Assembly (NCBI GenBank): GCA_965603825.1
Contig: CBFDEM010000040.1
Span: 620,001-684,000, forward strand
Source: Blepharisma stoltei ATCC 30299
Lineage: Eukaryota > Protista > Ciliophora
Reading direction: 5' to 3'
DNA: 64,000 bases
In this document: piece after piece, positions 15,201-27,831 of the stretch
Layout: each line of letters starts with the position of its first letter
Position numbering within the stretch: position 1 is the first letter of the stretch
Position numbers and translations under genes: made by a program
Notes under the pieces: model-generated
Seen by the model: the letters and a program-made list of their open reading frames with translations, nothing else
What the model was told of the DNA's origin: nothing
Databases searched by the model: none

Positions 15201-17199
15201 TGCATTTACACCCGCCAGATCCATCTAGCGATGCATTATCTATGCAGGATAAGCAGCTTCCAGAGAATGATGTGCATTCAGCACATGCATATGATTTGCA
15301 AAGGTCGCATATATCTGAATTTCTACATCCCTCAGTGCAAGAAGCTAAACAGTTTGAGCAGGAAGAAGTAGAATCCAGGTATTCTGAGAATTGGCAAGTT
15401 GGGCATGAAAGTCCAATTGGACAAACTGAGCATCCAGATCCACATCCTGCAGTATTTCAGCTTGCAGATCATTTAGTTTCATCATTATACAGTTCGAAAC
15501 TTCATAAATAGCCTTCAAAGCTGCTAGAAGTCCCACCAATAGTCATTTCCCCTATATCATATAAATAAGCAAGACTAATAGAACTTTTTAAAGTGTCAAG
15601 AGAGTTGTCAATATAAAGAGATAGCACTGTTTCGCCTGAAATAACAGTCCCTGTTACTGATAAATAATGCCAAGAGCTTAAAAGAGAAGTCGATCCAGTA
15701 AATGATATTATTGAAGAATCAGATAAAGTGAGCTTAACAGATGCTGAACCTGAGACAAATGATATTTTAGCTAAATCTGTAGTTGAAAATTTGCTGAAAA
15801 GACTACCACTTGTCATGAGATAAAGCCAAAAATTAAGAGAAAACCATGGGGAGAGATATTTTCCTTCTGAATACATGAGAGAGTTGGATGAAAAATAGTA
15901 TCCTCTTAAGTAAGCAGGTATGGGATCATTTATGTCAAATTCTGGATACTTATTTGTATTATTGCTACCGATATCAATTCCATTGATCTCATCCAATACA
16001 ATTTGGTCATTTAAGGATACAGAGAGTATTAAATTTGATATTACAACACATTGATTCAAAGTGCTATCTTCTGTATACTCTGATGGGCATGATGGAATGC
16101 ATATTCCTCTTAATAAAAATGTTCCAGAGTAGCATGAAGAGCATGAATAGTATCCTAGCCCTGAACAAGTAGCACATGAAGCATCACAACAACTTGGTGG
16201 ACTTTCATTATTTGCACAGCTAGTGCACATTGAGCTAAGATAGCCAGAGCATATAGAGCAGTTAGGACTAGCACAATAAGAACAATCTGTTCCTCTAACA
16301 CACCAAGGCCACACACCACAACTTCCTGAGCAATGATTGCATGATTGGCCATCTCAATAATAATTATTTAAACAGTTTGGTAGATTTTTTGTTATTGATG
16401 TGCCCAATATCTCACTCCGAACAACTAGAGAATAAAGAAATCCTTGAAAGGAATTTCCAAAGCTGCTTTTACCAATAATTCATTTATAAGCTAAATTTGG
16501 ATAATTTGCCTCTAAATTTGATATCGTTTTCGTATTGCTGGATCCGCCAATAATAATATTTAGATTTATTGTACGATAATCAGTCTGCTCAATTTGAAGG
16601 GTTACTGCTTGCCATTGAATTAATAGTCCGCTTATTTGTAAGCTTTCAGTATATGGTGATGATATTTGACTTTTAAACAATGATGTGATTTTATAGCTTG
16701 ACCCAACCGTTTCACATCTGATATACTCAGTTCCACCAATCCCAACACTTAAAATAACACCAGGGGAAATAGGAAGAATTCATACATTGAGCGAAAATAG
16801 GTAGGACGGGATTCAATTGTAAGTATCTATCAAGCCTGATGATCCTTCAAAATAAAATCCTCGATCTAAAGTTGGTAAAGGAGTAACCTTGGTTAATGAG
16901 TTAAATGCTATTGAGGATGGTGTCATAAATTCCCCGATATTGTGAGCAGTGAGGTCTTGCTGAGATGAAAAATCAATAGAAAATAGTATTCCAGAAGGGG
17001 CGGTGCATCCAAATACACTCCCAGGTAGCATAATTGCATTAGAGTTTGAAGGGCATGCATCTACACATAATAGACTTCCAATTAAATAAAATCCAGTGTT
17101 GCAAGAGGAACAAGGATTTGTACAGCCATTGCATTCTAGACAGCACTGAGAAAATGCAAAGCTTATAATACAAGGAATGAAGACAATTCTCAGGTTCAT
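9298..17199 (-). CDS. Tandem paralogue (~2,623 aa) of the Cys-rich/LamG-like multi-TM surface protein; introns 9970-9984 and 9898-9912
   Basis: All ORF fragments are in one frame. Colinear with 649-8562 (e.g. WPWCVRGTDCSYCAS, KGCVRDLTCRLCKQ, DPIAAYLRG). Two 15-nt introns sit at the same positions as in the paralogue. Confidence 0.85.
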
Positions 17200-17591
17200 T
17201 ATTTATTAATTATTAATCCAAAAACTGATTTATGGCTGATTTCATATAAGCTTAAAAATTAAAAAAGAAAATATGCTAGATAAATAGAAAAATGGACTTT
17301 ACCATAATTAAGGGATTTTCTATTTTCTATAATTTATAGTAAGTCTTTGATCAGCTATAGCAACATAAAACAATTATCGATAATTAATAGCTATAAAGCA
17401 TTCTCCCCAGGCTTTCTTAAAAACATCAAAGGTTTTCTTTCATTATTTCTATATCATTTATACGTTTTTTCTCCAAACACATGCCTAATAAATAAAAATA
17501 AAGGGCATTCGCTATTATATAGCAACAAATAATCTATTAATTTTAGTAGCAGGTGCTATAAAAGACACTATAGCAAAATAATACAAAAATA

Positions 17592-18681
17592 TTACTCATC
17601 TCTTGAGGTAGCCGGCCCACTTCTTGTTGTGGTGATTAGTGATGCTGGAAACTCCTTCATCAGCTCAATATGCTCTTCAAGCTTGTTTTCTGGATATATG
17701 CTGTATCTTTGTTTTGAAATAACAGTTTTAACTGCTTTATCTTTGTGACAATTTGTAAATCTATTTAATTCCAGACTTCCATCATCTCTTAAATCAAACC
17801 TTTCCTGTACACTTCTTTCAAAAATCCTTGCTATATTTCGCAATCCCTTATCAAAAGGATTTATTCTCAATTTTTCCCAAATTTGTTTAACTTTTTCCCT
17901 TGTCGTCAAATTATGTGCTATTAAATAGCTATGAATAACCCATAATCCAATAACAAACCATGACGCTCCTAGCCCTATAAATATTACGCAGAGCATTATA
18001 ACAGATGCATCATTTTCAAACCAGGTTTTACATACATACTCAATAGAAATTCATTCTATAAAAACAATATACCCAAACAAGCTGCTTAAAAATATATAGA
18101 AAAATTTATAATTCCTTTTCCCAATACAATTACTAACTCATGGGCAATGATGGTCGAAGTCTTCTACACAATGTCCGCATTCTTCACAGTGTGCTGCCCT
18201 TGGAGGCCTCAAAATATAGCCTATAATAAGACTCACAAATTGGGCAATATTTCAATTCCATAAGGACACCTTTATGAGGAATCACCAAATTTTTTAGCCG
18301 AATATTTTTTCTGATGTTTATAGACTCAATTTGAATGACCCTTGATAGCAGTGGAGCATTTTTTGGACCTGTGGCAAATGGAGGAATTTGTTTTGGAAGA
18401 TAGCCAGGTGTAGTGATTGCTGTGAAAATAAAAAAAATAAGGGAGAGCAGGGAAAGAATAAGGGAGATTATTAAAATAAAAGGCTTGCCGAGTGATAAGT
18501 AATGTAGTCCAGGATAAGAAATGAAAAATATTTCTGGAATGGTTAGCATGAGAAATGTAAAAACTGATCTTTTGAGATTTGAACTGATTATAGCTTACCC
18601 AAGGAGAATTCTTCCATTTAAAATAATTCTGTTATTTCCAGGCCACTGAAGATAGGCTTTGCCTTGCAGTTTTTTCATCAT
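17592..18681 (-). CDS. DHHC-type palmitoyltransferase (~352 aa); introns 18584-18598 (15 nt) and 18221-18236 (16 nt)
   Basis: Spliced translation gives [32 protein letters not shown][TGA=W][10 protein letters not shown], plus the NLTTRE and NPFDKG motifs and TM helices. Confidence 0.93.
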
Positions 18682-18848
18682 TTGATTAAATTTTTAGTTT
18701 TTTGTCTAATATAAATGAAATTTACTGACCTGCAATAAATTATATTTAGTCAGCCAAAATGATACTAAAAAATTGATATTATATAAATTTATTTCTAATT
18801 ACTATAAAAGCTTCATTTATTTCTAATAATTTCAAATCAGTTACCCAG

Positions 18849-20249
18849 ATGGAACAAGAGAAACTCAGAAAAATTTTATCCAATAGCTCTGAAGCAAGCG
18901 GCCAAAGCATTTATTCTCATCTTCAAGAGATTTTTTCTTACATCCTTCGCGAAAAGCCTGAAAAGCTTTACGAAAACTTCGAATCAATCTCTTCCTTCGT
19001 AAAAGCAAACCGCTTTCTCTATAGCGAGCCCAGACCAGCCTCAGATCTTCAAAACATCCAATCTCGTTGGACCGTCCTCAGCAACTGGATCAGAGACAAT
19101 GAAAAACTCCTTGAAAAATACAAAGTAAAGACTTCTCAAGGCTTCATCGTCGAATCCCACCCTCCAGCCCTGCATTCCTTAAGCGATTTCTTAAAAGACG
19201 CCAAACTCCTTGAATTCGCAGGAATTAGCTTTGGCGAAGAAGAAACCTACAGAATTCAAATGTCCCTGAAGCGGCTTATGAGAAGCAGCGGGGCGAAAGA
19301 AATGAGATTTTGGGGCAAAATATACGGAAGAGAAAAAGACTACTATATAGCAGAAGGCTTATTAGAAGGAGCCGGCAAAGAAGATGTAGAAAGACCAAAA
19401 GGCTTTGAAAAACGTGGAGAAGGTGTGAATAAGTACACATATTGGGTAACTGACAGCATCCTTGAAGACTGGATTGAGCTTCCTGACGTAAGTCCTCAAC
19501 AAATCATTGTGGCAAGACAGATTAAAAAAGTTTTCACAGGAAACCTAAATGCTGACATTTTAAGCTACCCGATTTTCCCAGGAAAAGAAAGGCACTTATT
19601 AAGAGCTCAGATCGCGAGAATAACCGCAGCCACTGTTTTGGCACCAAAAGGGATTTTTAAAGTCAATGAAGAAGACCCACAAGTGATTGAGCTTGAAGAG
19701 GAATTAGCTGTCCCTACTTTTGAAGAACTGAGCTCTGACGAAAGCTGGGTACATTTACATGCAAATATTTTAAAGGCTGGAAGAGTGACCCATGCGGAAC
19801 CTGAAGTCCCTGAAGGGGAAGAAGTCGATGTAGAAGAAATCAAAGCAAAAATGCAAGATGAAGACCCTGTTGTGGATAGAATTAAAATTATTAGTGAAGA
19901 CGAGCCAATCGCTGAAGAAGAAAAAGGCTGGCAGTTTAGCTTGATTGGGGATAATCAAGTGTATGGGGCTAAGCCACCAGCAGAAGGGTCGGTGTGCTAT
20001 GCAGCCAATGTGATAAGAAATGTGAGATGGCCAGGATCTTTAACAATTCACAAAGGTGGAGCGTGGGTCAATGTGTATATTGGATATGGAGTGAAACGAC
20101 TTGATCCAACATTTAACCCAATTTCACCTCCTGATGTCCTGCCTGACCCTGAAGACCCAGTAGAGCAGCCAGAGCCAACCCCATTAGTTGCTCCAGAAGA
20201 GCTAGAAAGTGACTCAGACGCAGAAAAAGAAAACGACGAAGAAGACTAA
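18849..20249 (+). CDS. RSPH4/6: Radial spoke head protein 4/6 family
   Basis: RFWGKIYG..KDYYIAE, GEGVNKYTYWVT, LPDVSPQQI..ARQIKKVFTGNL, FPGKERHLLRAQIARITAAT, RWPGS, VYIGYG; acidic tail. Confidence 0.93.
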   Translation: MEQEKLRKILSNSSEASGQSIYSHLQEIFSYILREKPEKLYENFESISSFVKANRFLYSEPRPASDLQNIQSRWTVLSNWIRDNEKLLEKYKVKTSQGFIVESHPPALHSLSDFLKDAKLLEFAGISFGEEETYRIQMSLKRLMRSSGAKEMRFWGKIYGREKDYYIAEGLLEGAGKEDVERPKGFEKRGEGVNKYTYWVTDSILEDWIELPDVSPQQIIVARQIKKVFTGNLNADILSYPIFPGKERHLLRAQIARITAATVLAPKGIFKVNEEDPQVIELEEELAVPTFEELSSDESWVHLHANILKAGRVTHAEPEVPEGEEVDVEEIKAKMQDEDPVVDRIKIISEDEPIAEEEKGWQFSLIGDNQVYGAKPPAEGSVCYAANVIRNVRWPGSLTIHKGGAWVNVYIGYGVKRLDPTFNPISPPDVLPDPEDPVEQPEPTPLVAPEELESDSDAEKENDEED

Positions 20250-20280
20250 GTAATAATTTCTTTATTATATTTCTTGCAAG

Positions 20281-21420
20281 ATGGATGAAGCTTTACATAC
20301 GTTTTCATACCAGAACCCTCAGTCTGCACGTACAACTTTAAACCGTCCGAAGTCTGCTTATAACATAAATTCAAGGCCGGCCACAGCGAGTAGAACTGCA
20401 ATCAGTTTGAATAGCAAAACTCGCCCATCAACTGCTGGCATCAAAAGTGCCAGAATTTCAAAAAATAGGAATTTGGATATCAAAGACCTAGAATCGCATT
20501 CCATGAATTGACTGACTGAATGAAATAGGATGTCGAAAACAGCTAGAAATAGCAGCAGCTCAAGGAATTCTTTAGCTTTAGTTTTAGGGGAAACTCAGCC
20601 TACGAAATCAAGGCCTATGAGTGCAGCCTATCCATTGCCTGAAGCAAAAAAGGTCAATACCAAGCTGAATTATGCTATTAATGCTTTTCCTTTGTATAAT
20701 ACATTGAGAAAGCTTGAAGAAAGAGATGTTGTAGACCAGTTTGCAATTGAGACAGCAAGATCAAAACTGATTGATGACAGATTTTTAAATAAATTTAAAC
20801 AAAACATTTCACCTGAACAAATTCTTATGATAAACGCAAATGACCCGAACAGCATGTCAGCGAGATATTTAGAATTAATCCATCAAGACAAATTATGCAA
20901 GCCTAAGGCAAGGCCTGAAATTCCAGTATATAAACCGCCACCACCACAGAATAAGCCAGAAATTGAAAAGCCTGAAAAATATACAAATAAATATAAGGAT
21001 GAGCTAATATTTATATGAAATAAAACGACTTATAAAGACCAAGAAAAAAAAACTGAATTGTGTGAAGAAAACATTAAAAAAAACAAGCATTTTTCTTCTG
21101 AAGTATATTTTAAGCAAAGGCATTCGATTGCAGATATTCTTAATGGCAGGCATAACCCTGACGACAATTTCAACAATCCAAATGATAATAAAGAAACTCC
21201 TATATATAGCCCCGAAGAAAATGCTCAAAAATTAATTAACACTGATTTTATTGAAGAGCGTTCTCCTCAAAGTGAGTTTATTTCAAGCACAAAATCAGTA
21301 AAGCCAGCTTATTCATCATCAATAAAGCCAAGCCAAGATTGTCCCGGCTTAGTCGCAGTCGGGACTGGCGTTAAAATCCATTCCCAAGTCCAATCAAAGC
21401 ACCGGTGGTCACTTATATAA
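20281..21420 (+). CDS. Hypothetical protein (~379 aa), low-complexity RPxSA/RPxTA repeats
   Basis: Three ORF fragments join in frame through TGA codons (20509, 20521, 21016) and end at TAA. Confidence 0.7.
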
Positions 21421-21523
21421 TTAACTGTGCATACTATATTTTGATCTCCTAAATTTTGAAATAAAATGGAATTACTGTAACTTTTGTAATCCCTGAAAAA
21501 TAAATATTTTAAATTAATCGAAA

Positions 21524-22456
21524 ATGGGATCATGTGCAATGACAAAACAAAAACAAGTGGCTCCTACAATGAACGAAATTGAGTCTCAATTCTCAGACAT
21601 AATAGTCGAGAAAGTCGACATATCAACCTTAGTAAAACCTGAAGATTTAAATTTACCAAAGCATCGCAGCATTTCTATCAATTTTTCTGACAAGTTAAAC
21701 TATCAGGAAACCCCTCTTAAAATTAAACCTCGGCCAGAAATTGTTCCGAGATTAGACATAAAAAAATTATTTCCTCAAAATCAATTAACTTCTGAAAAAG
21801 TTGACCTGAAAAAACAAGCTTGGCATTCAGGTAAACAGAAAGGTGGAAGACTTCTATTGAATACATCCAAAGACATTTCCTTCACCTCTGTTGAAAAATC
21901 ACCTGTAAAAGTTGAAGAAAGCAAGCCAAAAAATCTTCTTGATATGATTAAAAACGGTAAATCAGCTCTGAATTCTAGAATACAAACTCCAGATGAAAAC
22001 AATAATAATCGTATGGATGCCTCACAAGCCATTTTAGAAAGTAGCTGAGTCACTAGTTCTCCTGAGCTAAATGAGATGAAAATAGAAGAAAAACCTTATG
22101 GGAAAAACGCATCGTCTGAAAGGAAACTTTTGTCGTTCCCAAGCTTGAATTATCAGCAAAGGAGCAGCCTTAAAATACCTATAATTCCGAATCAAGATAT
22201 AGTAGTGACTGAGGAAAGTGAAATCATATCAGAAGCCAGTGACGAAACACCTATAAGGCCAGGGCTGCAGACGCCAGGGTCGTTTATTTCTCTTGGAATG
22301 GAGCCTGGAAATCACAAATTAAGGGCAACTCTTTCAAGAATTTCGACGATGAAGCCTGAATTCGACCAAGTGCCTACAGATTTTAATTCAAATGAGCCTA
22401 AGCAAGATAACCTTGTGATTGAGCGAACTAAACGAAACCTCCTTGCATCTTTATAA
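21524..22456 (+). CDS. Hypothetical protein (~310 aa) with N-terminal MGSC (possible myristoylation/palmitoylation)
   Basis: ORFs 21524-22048 and 22076-22456 join in frame via TGA 22046-22048. Confidence 0.7.
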
Positions 22457-22533
22457 AGTATATAGACTGTTGCATAAGTAATTAAATATTTAATTTACTA
22501 ATAAAAATACATTAATAACAATTAGTTACAATT

Positions 22534-23114
22534 TTAGAAGCATTTCTTTTGAGTTTGGTTACCTTTGTTATCCAACGCAATTGTATTTCTTTTTGGGGCT
22601 GATTGAGGGCTGTTAAACTCTGGGCAACATTTTGCAGCGATTTCTCTGAATAATTGTTCAACCTCGTAGTTCATTCTGGCTGATGTTTTAAGATATATAG
22701 CTCCAATTAAGTTAGCAAAATATTTAGCTTCTTCAAGAGAAACAGCTTCATTTTCAACTAAATCCTTTTTATTTCCTGCAATTATAACAACTATGTCTTT
22801 AGGCCCAAACTCTTGTAATTCCCAATGTCATCTTTTAAGGCTTTCAAAGCTTTCACGCTTAGTAATGTCATAAGTCATGATTACGGCGTTGGCGTCTCTG
22901 TAATACATTATGGCTAAATTGTGATATCTCTCTTGTCCCGCTGTATCCCAGATGTTGAATTTTATGGTCTTGTCGTTGAATTGGAGATACTTGACCATGT
23001 AAGAGATGCCGATTGACGACTCTCGTTCAGGGAAGGAATCAGCGACGAATCTTCTAATAAGGCTGGATTTGCCTACGCCGGAGTCCCTTTTATTTGGGTT
23101 TGGCCACCTTGCAT
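22534..23114 (-). pseudogene. Rab5-like GTPase pseudogene (duplicate of 24669-25277)
   Basis: A 13-nt deletion just after MQGGQTQIK removes VVLL and frameshifts to an early TAG. The C-terminus is KKCF instead of KKCC. The ORF track start at 23139 is TTG, not ATG. Confidence 0.85.
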
Positions 23115-23440
23115 GTTGGAGATGAAAATTATTATGCAATTGTGAGCAGATTTGATTGTCAAAGAATGATATTAAATAGATTAGAAGAAATAGTCTGTTT
23201 ATGTGAAGAACGTGATGCCCAGATTTAAATAATTGTGGTTATCTTTGAGAAATTTTTGTCAGGATAATGAGAAGATATAATTATTAAATAACTTTCTATA
23301 TAAATTAAGCTAAAATTAAATAAATTTATTTATGATTTAATTTTAAATTTAGATAATTAAATTTATCTATGCACTTTTCTGATTATCTTTTTATATTAAT
23401 CAAAATATTTTTTAAAAATCATTATGATTAAAAATTATTT

Positions 23441-24350
23441 CTATTTTGCATGCTGAGAGCGTCTTCCATTTTCAATTCTTATGAAGTTCGGCTTTACAAA
23501 AATATTTGTCATATTCTTGGAATTTTTCGATTCCAAGCTTATCATGCCACCTCTTTCATTATTAATATTTTTTGTTTTTGGTATCGGAGAACTTACATTT
23601 GGCGAATTTTGGTTTGATTTTTTAGCATGCATAAGCCTTTCAGCTTGTCCATTATCTCCAAACATCGAAATACGTTTATCTTCTGGAGACATTGGGCTCT
23701 TAGTTTCTTCAGGACTTGAAACTTCCATTCTCTATATTAAAATTACATAGACTCTGTTTTCAATATCATTTTCACCATTAAAATCATCACTCCAGCCAAA
23801 CGCTTGCTCCTGCATATCGCATAAAAATTGCTGCTGGGGGCCAAACATACTTCCGGCCTACACAATCTTATATAACCAATAAAATCTTCAGCTGGGAATC
23901 TATAATGCTTCATTGCATACATCCCAATTAGTGTGTTCGCTTTTCCAAGCCCATCCTTACAATGCACTGCAGCCCATTCTGGCTCTTCTTCACAAATCCT
24001 CAAAAATTGATTAATTACTTCTCTGTTTGGCACAGACCCATCTACAAAGTAGATATCATAATGCCTGATCATAAGAGTCGTAAATCTTTCTGCTTCATAG
24101 GTTTATTATTAAGACATACAACAGCAGTTACCCAATTTGCTTAGATATAGGTGCATAATCTTCAGGTGCTCACAGCTTAAACCTTGCTGATCAATTTGAG
24201 TTGGGTTTGGCGATGCAAAGGCTAGCATTTTGCCTGGGATTATTCAGTTTCAATCCCTATTTTCTACCCTTTCATAGAATTCTTAATCTTTTATATTAAA
24301 TGCTTTCATACCAAACCAATTTAATTGGATTGATTTATCCAATTCTCTTA
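23441..24350 (-). pseudogene. 5'-truncated Cdc14 phosphatase pseudogene
   Basis: Lacks the N-terminal third. The catalytic motif is degraded to HCKDGLGKANT. There is a 1-nt deletion at RPGSVLGP. It retains the 15-nt intron 23732-23746. Confidence 0.88.
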
Positions 24351-24600
24351 GGAAAGTAAAACCATATTAAAGCCAGTGACGAAACACCTATAAGGCCAGG
24401 GCTGTAGACGCCAGGGTCGTTTATTTCTCTTGGAATAGAGCCTGGAAATCACAAATTAAGGGCAACTCTTTCAAGAATTTAGACGATAAAGCCTGAATTT
24501 AAACAAGAGCCTACAGATTTTAATTTAAATGAGACTAAGCAAGATATCCTTGTGATTGAGTGACTAAACGAAACTTCCTTACAGCTTTATGAAGTATATA
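24350..24600 (+). pseudogene. Decayed 3' fragment of the MGSC gene (copy of 22212-22460)
   Basis: Near-identical to 22212-22460 but lacks the 5' part and has stop-creating substitutions. Confidence 0.8.
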
Positions 24601-24668
24601 GACTGTTGCATAAGTAATTAAATATTTAATTTACTAATAAAATACCTTAATAACGATTAATTGTTATT

Positions 24669-25277
24669 TTAGCAGCATTTCTTTTCTTTTGCTGCCTGAG
24701 TTTGGTTAACTTTTTTATCCAGCGCAATTGTATTCCTTTTTGGGGCTGATTGAGGACTGTTAAGGTCTGGACAAATTTTCGCAGCGATATCTCTGAATAA
24801 TTGTTCAACCCCGTAGTTTGTTTTGGCTGATGTTTTACGATATATAGCTCCAATTGAGTTAGCAAAATCTTTAGCTTCTTCAGGAGGGACAGCTTCAGTT
24901 TCAACTAAATCTTCTTTATTTCCTGCAATTGTAACAACTATGTCTTTAGGCCCAAACTCTTGTAATTCTCGATGCCATCTTTGAAGGCCTTCAAAGCTTT
25001 CACGCTTGGTAATGTCATAAGTAATGATTGCGGCGTTGGCGTCTCTGTAATACATTTTGGCTAAACTGTGATATCTCTCTTGTCCCGCTGTATCCCAGAT
25101 GTTGAATTTTATGGTCTTGTCGTTGAATTGGAGATTCTTGCCCATGTAAGAGGCGCCGATTGTTGCATCTCGGTCAGTTTTGAAGTTATCAGCGACGAAT
25201 CTTAAAACAAGGCTGGATTTGCCTACGCCGGAGTCCCCAAGCAAAACGACTTTTATTTGAGTTTGGCCACCTTGCAT
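24669..25277 (-). CDS. RAB5: Rab5/Rab22-family small GTPase (202 aa)
   Basis: GDSGVGKSS, TIGASY, WDTAGQERYHSLAKMYYR (Rab5-clade signature), GNKED, TSAK, C-terminal CC. The ATG is at 25277. Confidence 0.88.
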   Translation of the reverse strand: MQGGQTQIKVVLLGDSGVGKSSLVLRFVADNFKTDRDATIGASYMGKNLQFNDKTIKFNIWDTAGQERYHSLAKMYYRDANAAIITYDITKRESFEGLQRWHRELQEFGPKDIVVTIAGNKEDLVETEAVPPEEAKDFANSIGAIYRKTSAKTNYGVEQLFRDIAAKICPDLNSPQSAPKRNTIALDKKVNQTQAAKEKKCC

Positions 25278-25602
25278 GTTGGAGATGAAAATTATTATGC
25301 AATTGTGAGCAGATTTGATTGTCAAAGAGCGACGTTAAATAGATTAGAAGAAATAGTCAGTTTAAATGAAGAACGTGATGCCCAGATTTAAATAATTGTG
25401 GTAATCCTTGAGAAATTTCTGTCAGGATAATAAAAAGATAATTATTAAATAACTTTCTATATAAATTAAGCTAAAATTAAATAAATTTATTTATGATTTA
25501 ATTTTAAATGTAAGATAATTAAATTTATCTATGCACTTTTCTGATTATCTTTTTATATTAATCAAAATATTTTTTAAAAATCATTATGATTAAAAATTAT
25601 TT

Positions 25603-26937
25603 CTATTTTGCATGCTGAGAACGTCTTCCATTTTCAATTCTTATGAAGTTCGGCTTTACAAAAATATTTGTCATATTCTTGGAATTTTTCGATTCCAAGC
25701 TTATCATGCCACCTCTTTCATTATTAATATTTTTTGTTTTTGGTATCGGAGAACTTACATTTGGCGAATTTTGGTTTGATTTTTTAGCATGCATAAGCCT
25801 TTCAGCTTGTCCATTATCTCCAAACATTGAAATATGTTTATCTTCTGGAGACATTGGGCTCTTAATTTCTTCAGGACTTGAAACTTCCATTCTCTACATT
25901 AAAATTACATAGACTCTGTTTTCAATATCATTTTCACCATTAAAATCATCACCCCAGCCAAATGCCTGCTCCTGCATATCGCATAAAAATTGCTGCTGGG
26001 GGCCAAGCACACTTCCAGGCCTACACAATCTTATATAACCAATAAAATCTTCAGCTGGGAATCTATAATGCTTCATTGCATACATCCCAATTAGCGTGCC
26101 CGTTCTCCCAAGCCCAGCCTTACAATGTACTGCAACGCCTCCTGGCTCTTCTTCACAAATCCTCAAAAATTGGTCAATTACTTCTCTGCTTGGCACAGAC
26201 CCATCTACAAAGTAGATATCATAATGCCTGATCCCAAGTGTCGTAAATCTTTCTGCTTCATAGGTTTTATTATTAAGCCTAACAACAGCAGTTACCCCAA
26301 GCTGCTTAAATAAAGGTGCATAATCTTCAGGTGTTCACAGCTTAAATCCTTGCTGATCAATTTGAGCCGGGTTTGGCGATGCAAAGGCTAGCATTTTGCC
26401 TGGGATTATTCAGTTTCAATCCCCATTTTCTACTCTTTCATAGAATTCGTAATCTCTTATATTAAAAGTTTTCATATCAAACCAATTTAATTGGATTGAT
26501 TTTTCCAGTCCTCTAAGACAATGCAAAATTGAGCATCGATATGGAGAATTTGTACCTCCAGCATCACGAAAACCTTCAAAAGGAGGCAAGGACTTAAAAG
26601 GTTCAAATGATTGTTCGGGTGATCGATTTAAAATGATGACTTGAAACGCACACATCAGGTAAGCTGCATTTATGCGCTTGTGAGGGAGCAGGGATGTGAA
26701 GTGATAGATTCTATGTGAGCTGTGTGTGGGGGAGTTCACTAGTTTTTCAAGTTCTGAACAAAATTTGTAAGTCATGCCGATATTTAATGGGCCAAAATCT
26801 AAATAGAAAGGCTGGTATACTAAGTCGTTGTCGATACAGAAGTAAAAAGAGTTTCGTTGATTTCGCGGGGGCGCTCTGTCACTGATTCAATAAAGTTTGT
26901 TAGGAATAATTTCAACAGAGGTGTTCAGTTCTGTCAT
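25603..26937 (-). CDS. CDC14: Cdc14 dual-specificity phosphatase (~439 aa); intron 25894-25908
   Basis: YQPFYLDFGPLN, FRDAG, YEFYERVENGD, HCKAGLGRTGT, RPGSVLGPQQ. Fragments are joined by TGA=Trp and one 15-nt intron. Confidence 0.93.
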
Positions 26938-27209
26938 TTTATTATTTTTCAAATTTGGCAATTTAAAAGAAGGAGAATTTGACAAAAATATTTGGTGAAA
27001 AAATTGTTTAATCAAGATGAAATAGACTCAAAATCAATGCAAAGTGACCAAGCATTGAGCTTAAAAAACTTAATAATAATTTAGAATCAAATTTATATCC
27101 TTATTTAATAGAATAGGCTTGAAAGCTTTAACTTAAATTTGTGAGCTTGTAAAGAGAATAATAAGGTTTAATAACTCCGAAGAAACCAATTCTATAGCAA
27201 ATACAAATA

Positions 27210-27638
27210 TTATAGAGCATGCATTGCTTTTATAATTGCATCCTTAACGCAATTATTTTTTAATTCATTAAAGCTTAATCTTTCCTGCTGTGCACTTTTT
27301 GCTTTTATTTTGAGTAGTTTTTGTTCTTTTATTGATGCCTTTTGTTGCTCAACTTTAGACTCAAATTCTTTTCTAGACTCATTTTGTTTTCGAATTTCTT
27401 GAATTGACTCATAAACTTTATCTTTGTAGCATTCATTGAAATCCATAAATGTCTTCCATCCATGATATCCTCATCTTACTTTGCTTCATCTCCCAATTTT
27501 TCAGATTAACCTGCAACGAATATTGAGATACCGAATATTATGCTTTTTCTCCTTCTTCTTTTTTATTTTCTTTATGTTCTTCTTTGGTTCTTTGCAGCTT
27601 AAAGCTTCTTTATGTCAGATATCACTAGCTGTAGCCAT
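27210..27638 (-). CDS. Small basic/coiled-coil hypothetical protein (~142 aa)
   Basis: Open from ATG 27638 (MATASDIWHK...) to TAA if TGA=Trp. Has a tandem paralogue at 27832-28202. Confidence 0.6.
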
Positions 27639-27831
27639 TTATTATTAAAAGAAAGAAATGCGCATGAAGATACATTCTAAGAGCTGATTTGAAATAGGCT
27701 TTGAGAGGTTTATGTAATATGTCTCGAATGAAAATCTTGCTAATTAAGAGATCGAAATATATTTCATTTTATAAAGAGAATAATAAGGTTTAATAACTCC
27801 GAAGAAACCAATTCTATAGCAAATACAAATA

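Larger units (their letters stand above)
22212..26517. repeat. Tandem segmental duplication, two ~2.15-kb units (about 22212-24351 and 24350-26517)
   Basis: Each unit contains the 3' end of the MGSC gene, a Rab gene, a near-identical AT-rich spacer and the 3' two-thirds of Cdc14. The junction at about 24350 fuses Cdc14 sequence to MGSC-gene sequence. Confidence 0.9.

Noticed and set aside
649-17199. In-frame TGAs as selenocysteine/Cys, or as evidence of pseudogenes
   Set aside because: TGAs align with TGG/Trp in paralogues and at conserved Trp motifs across many unrelated genes.
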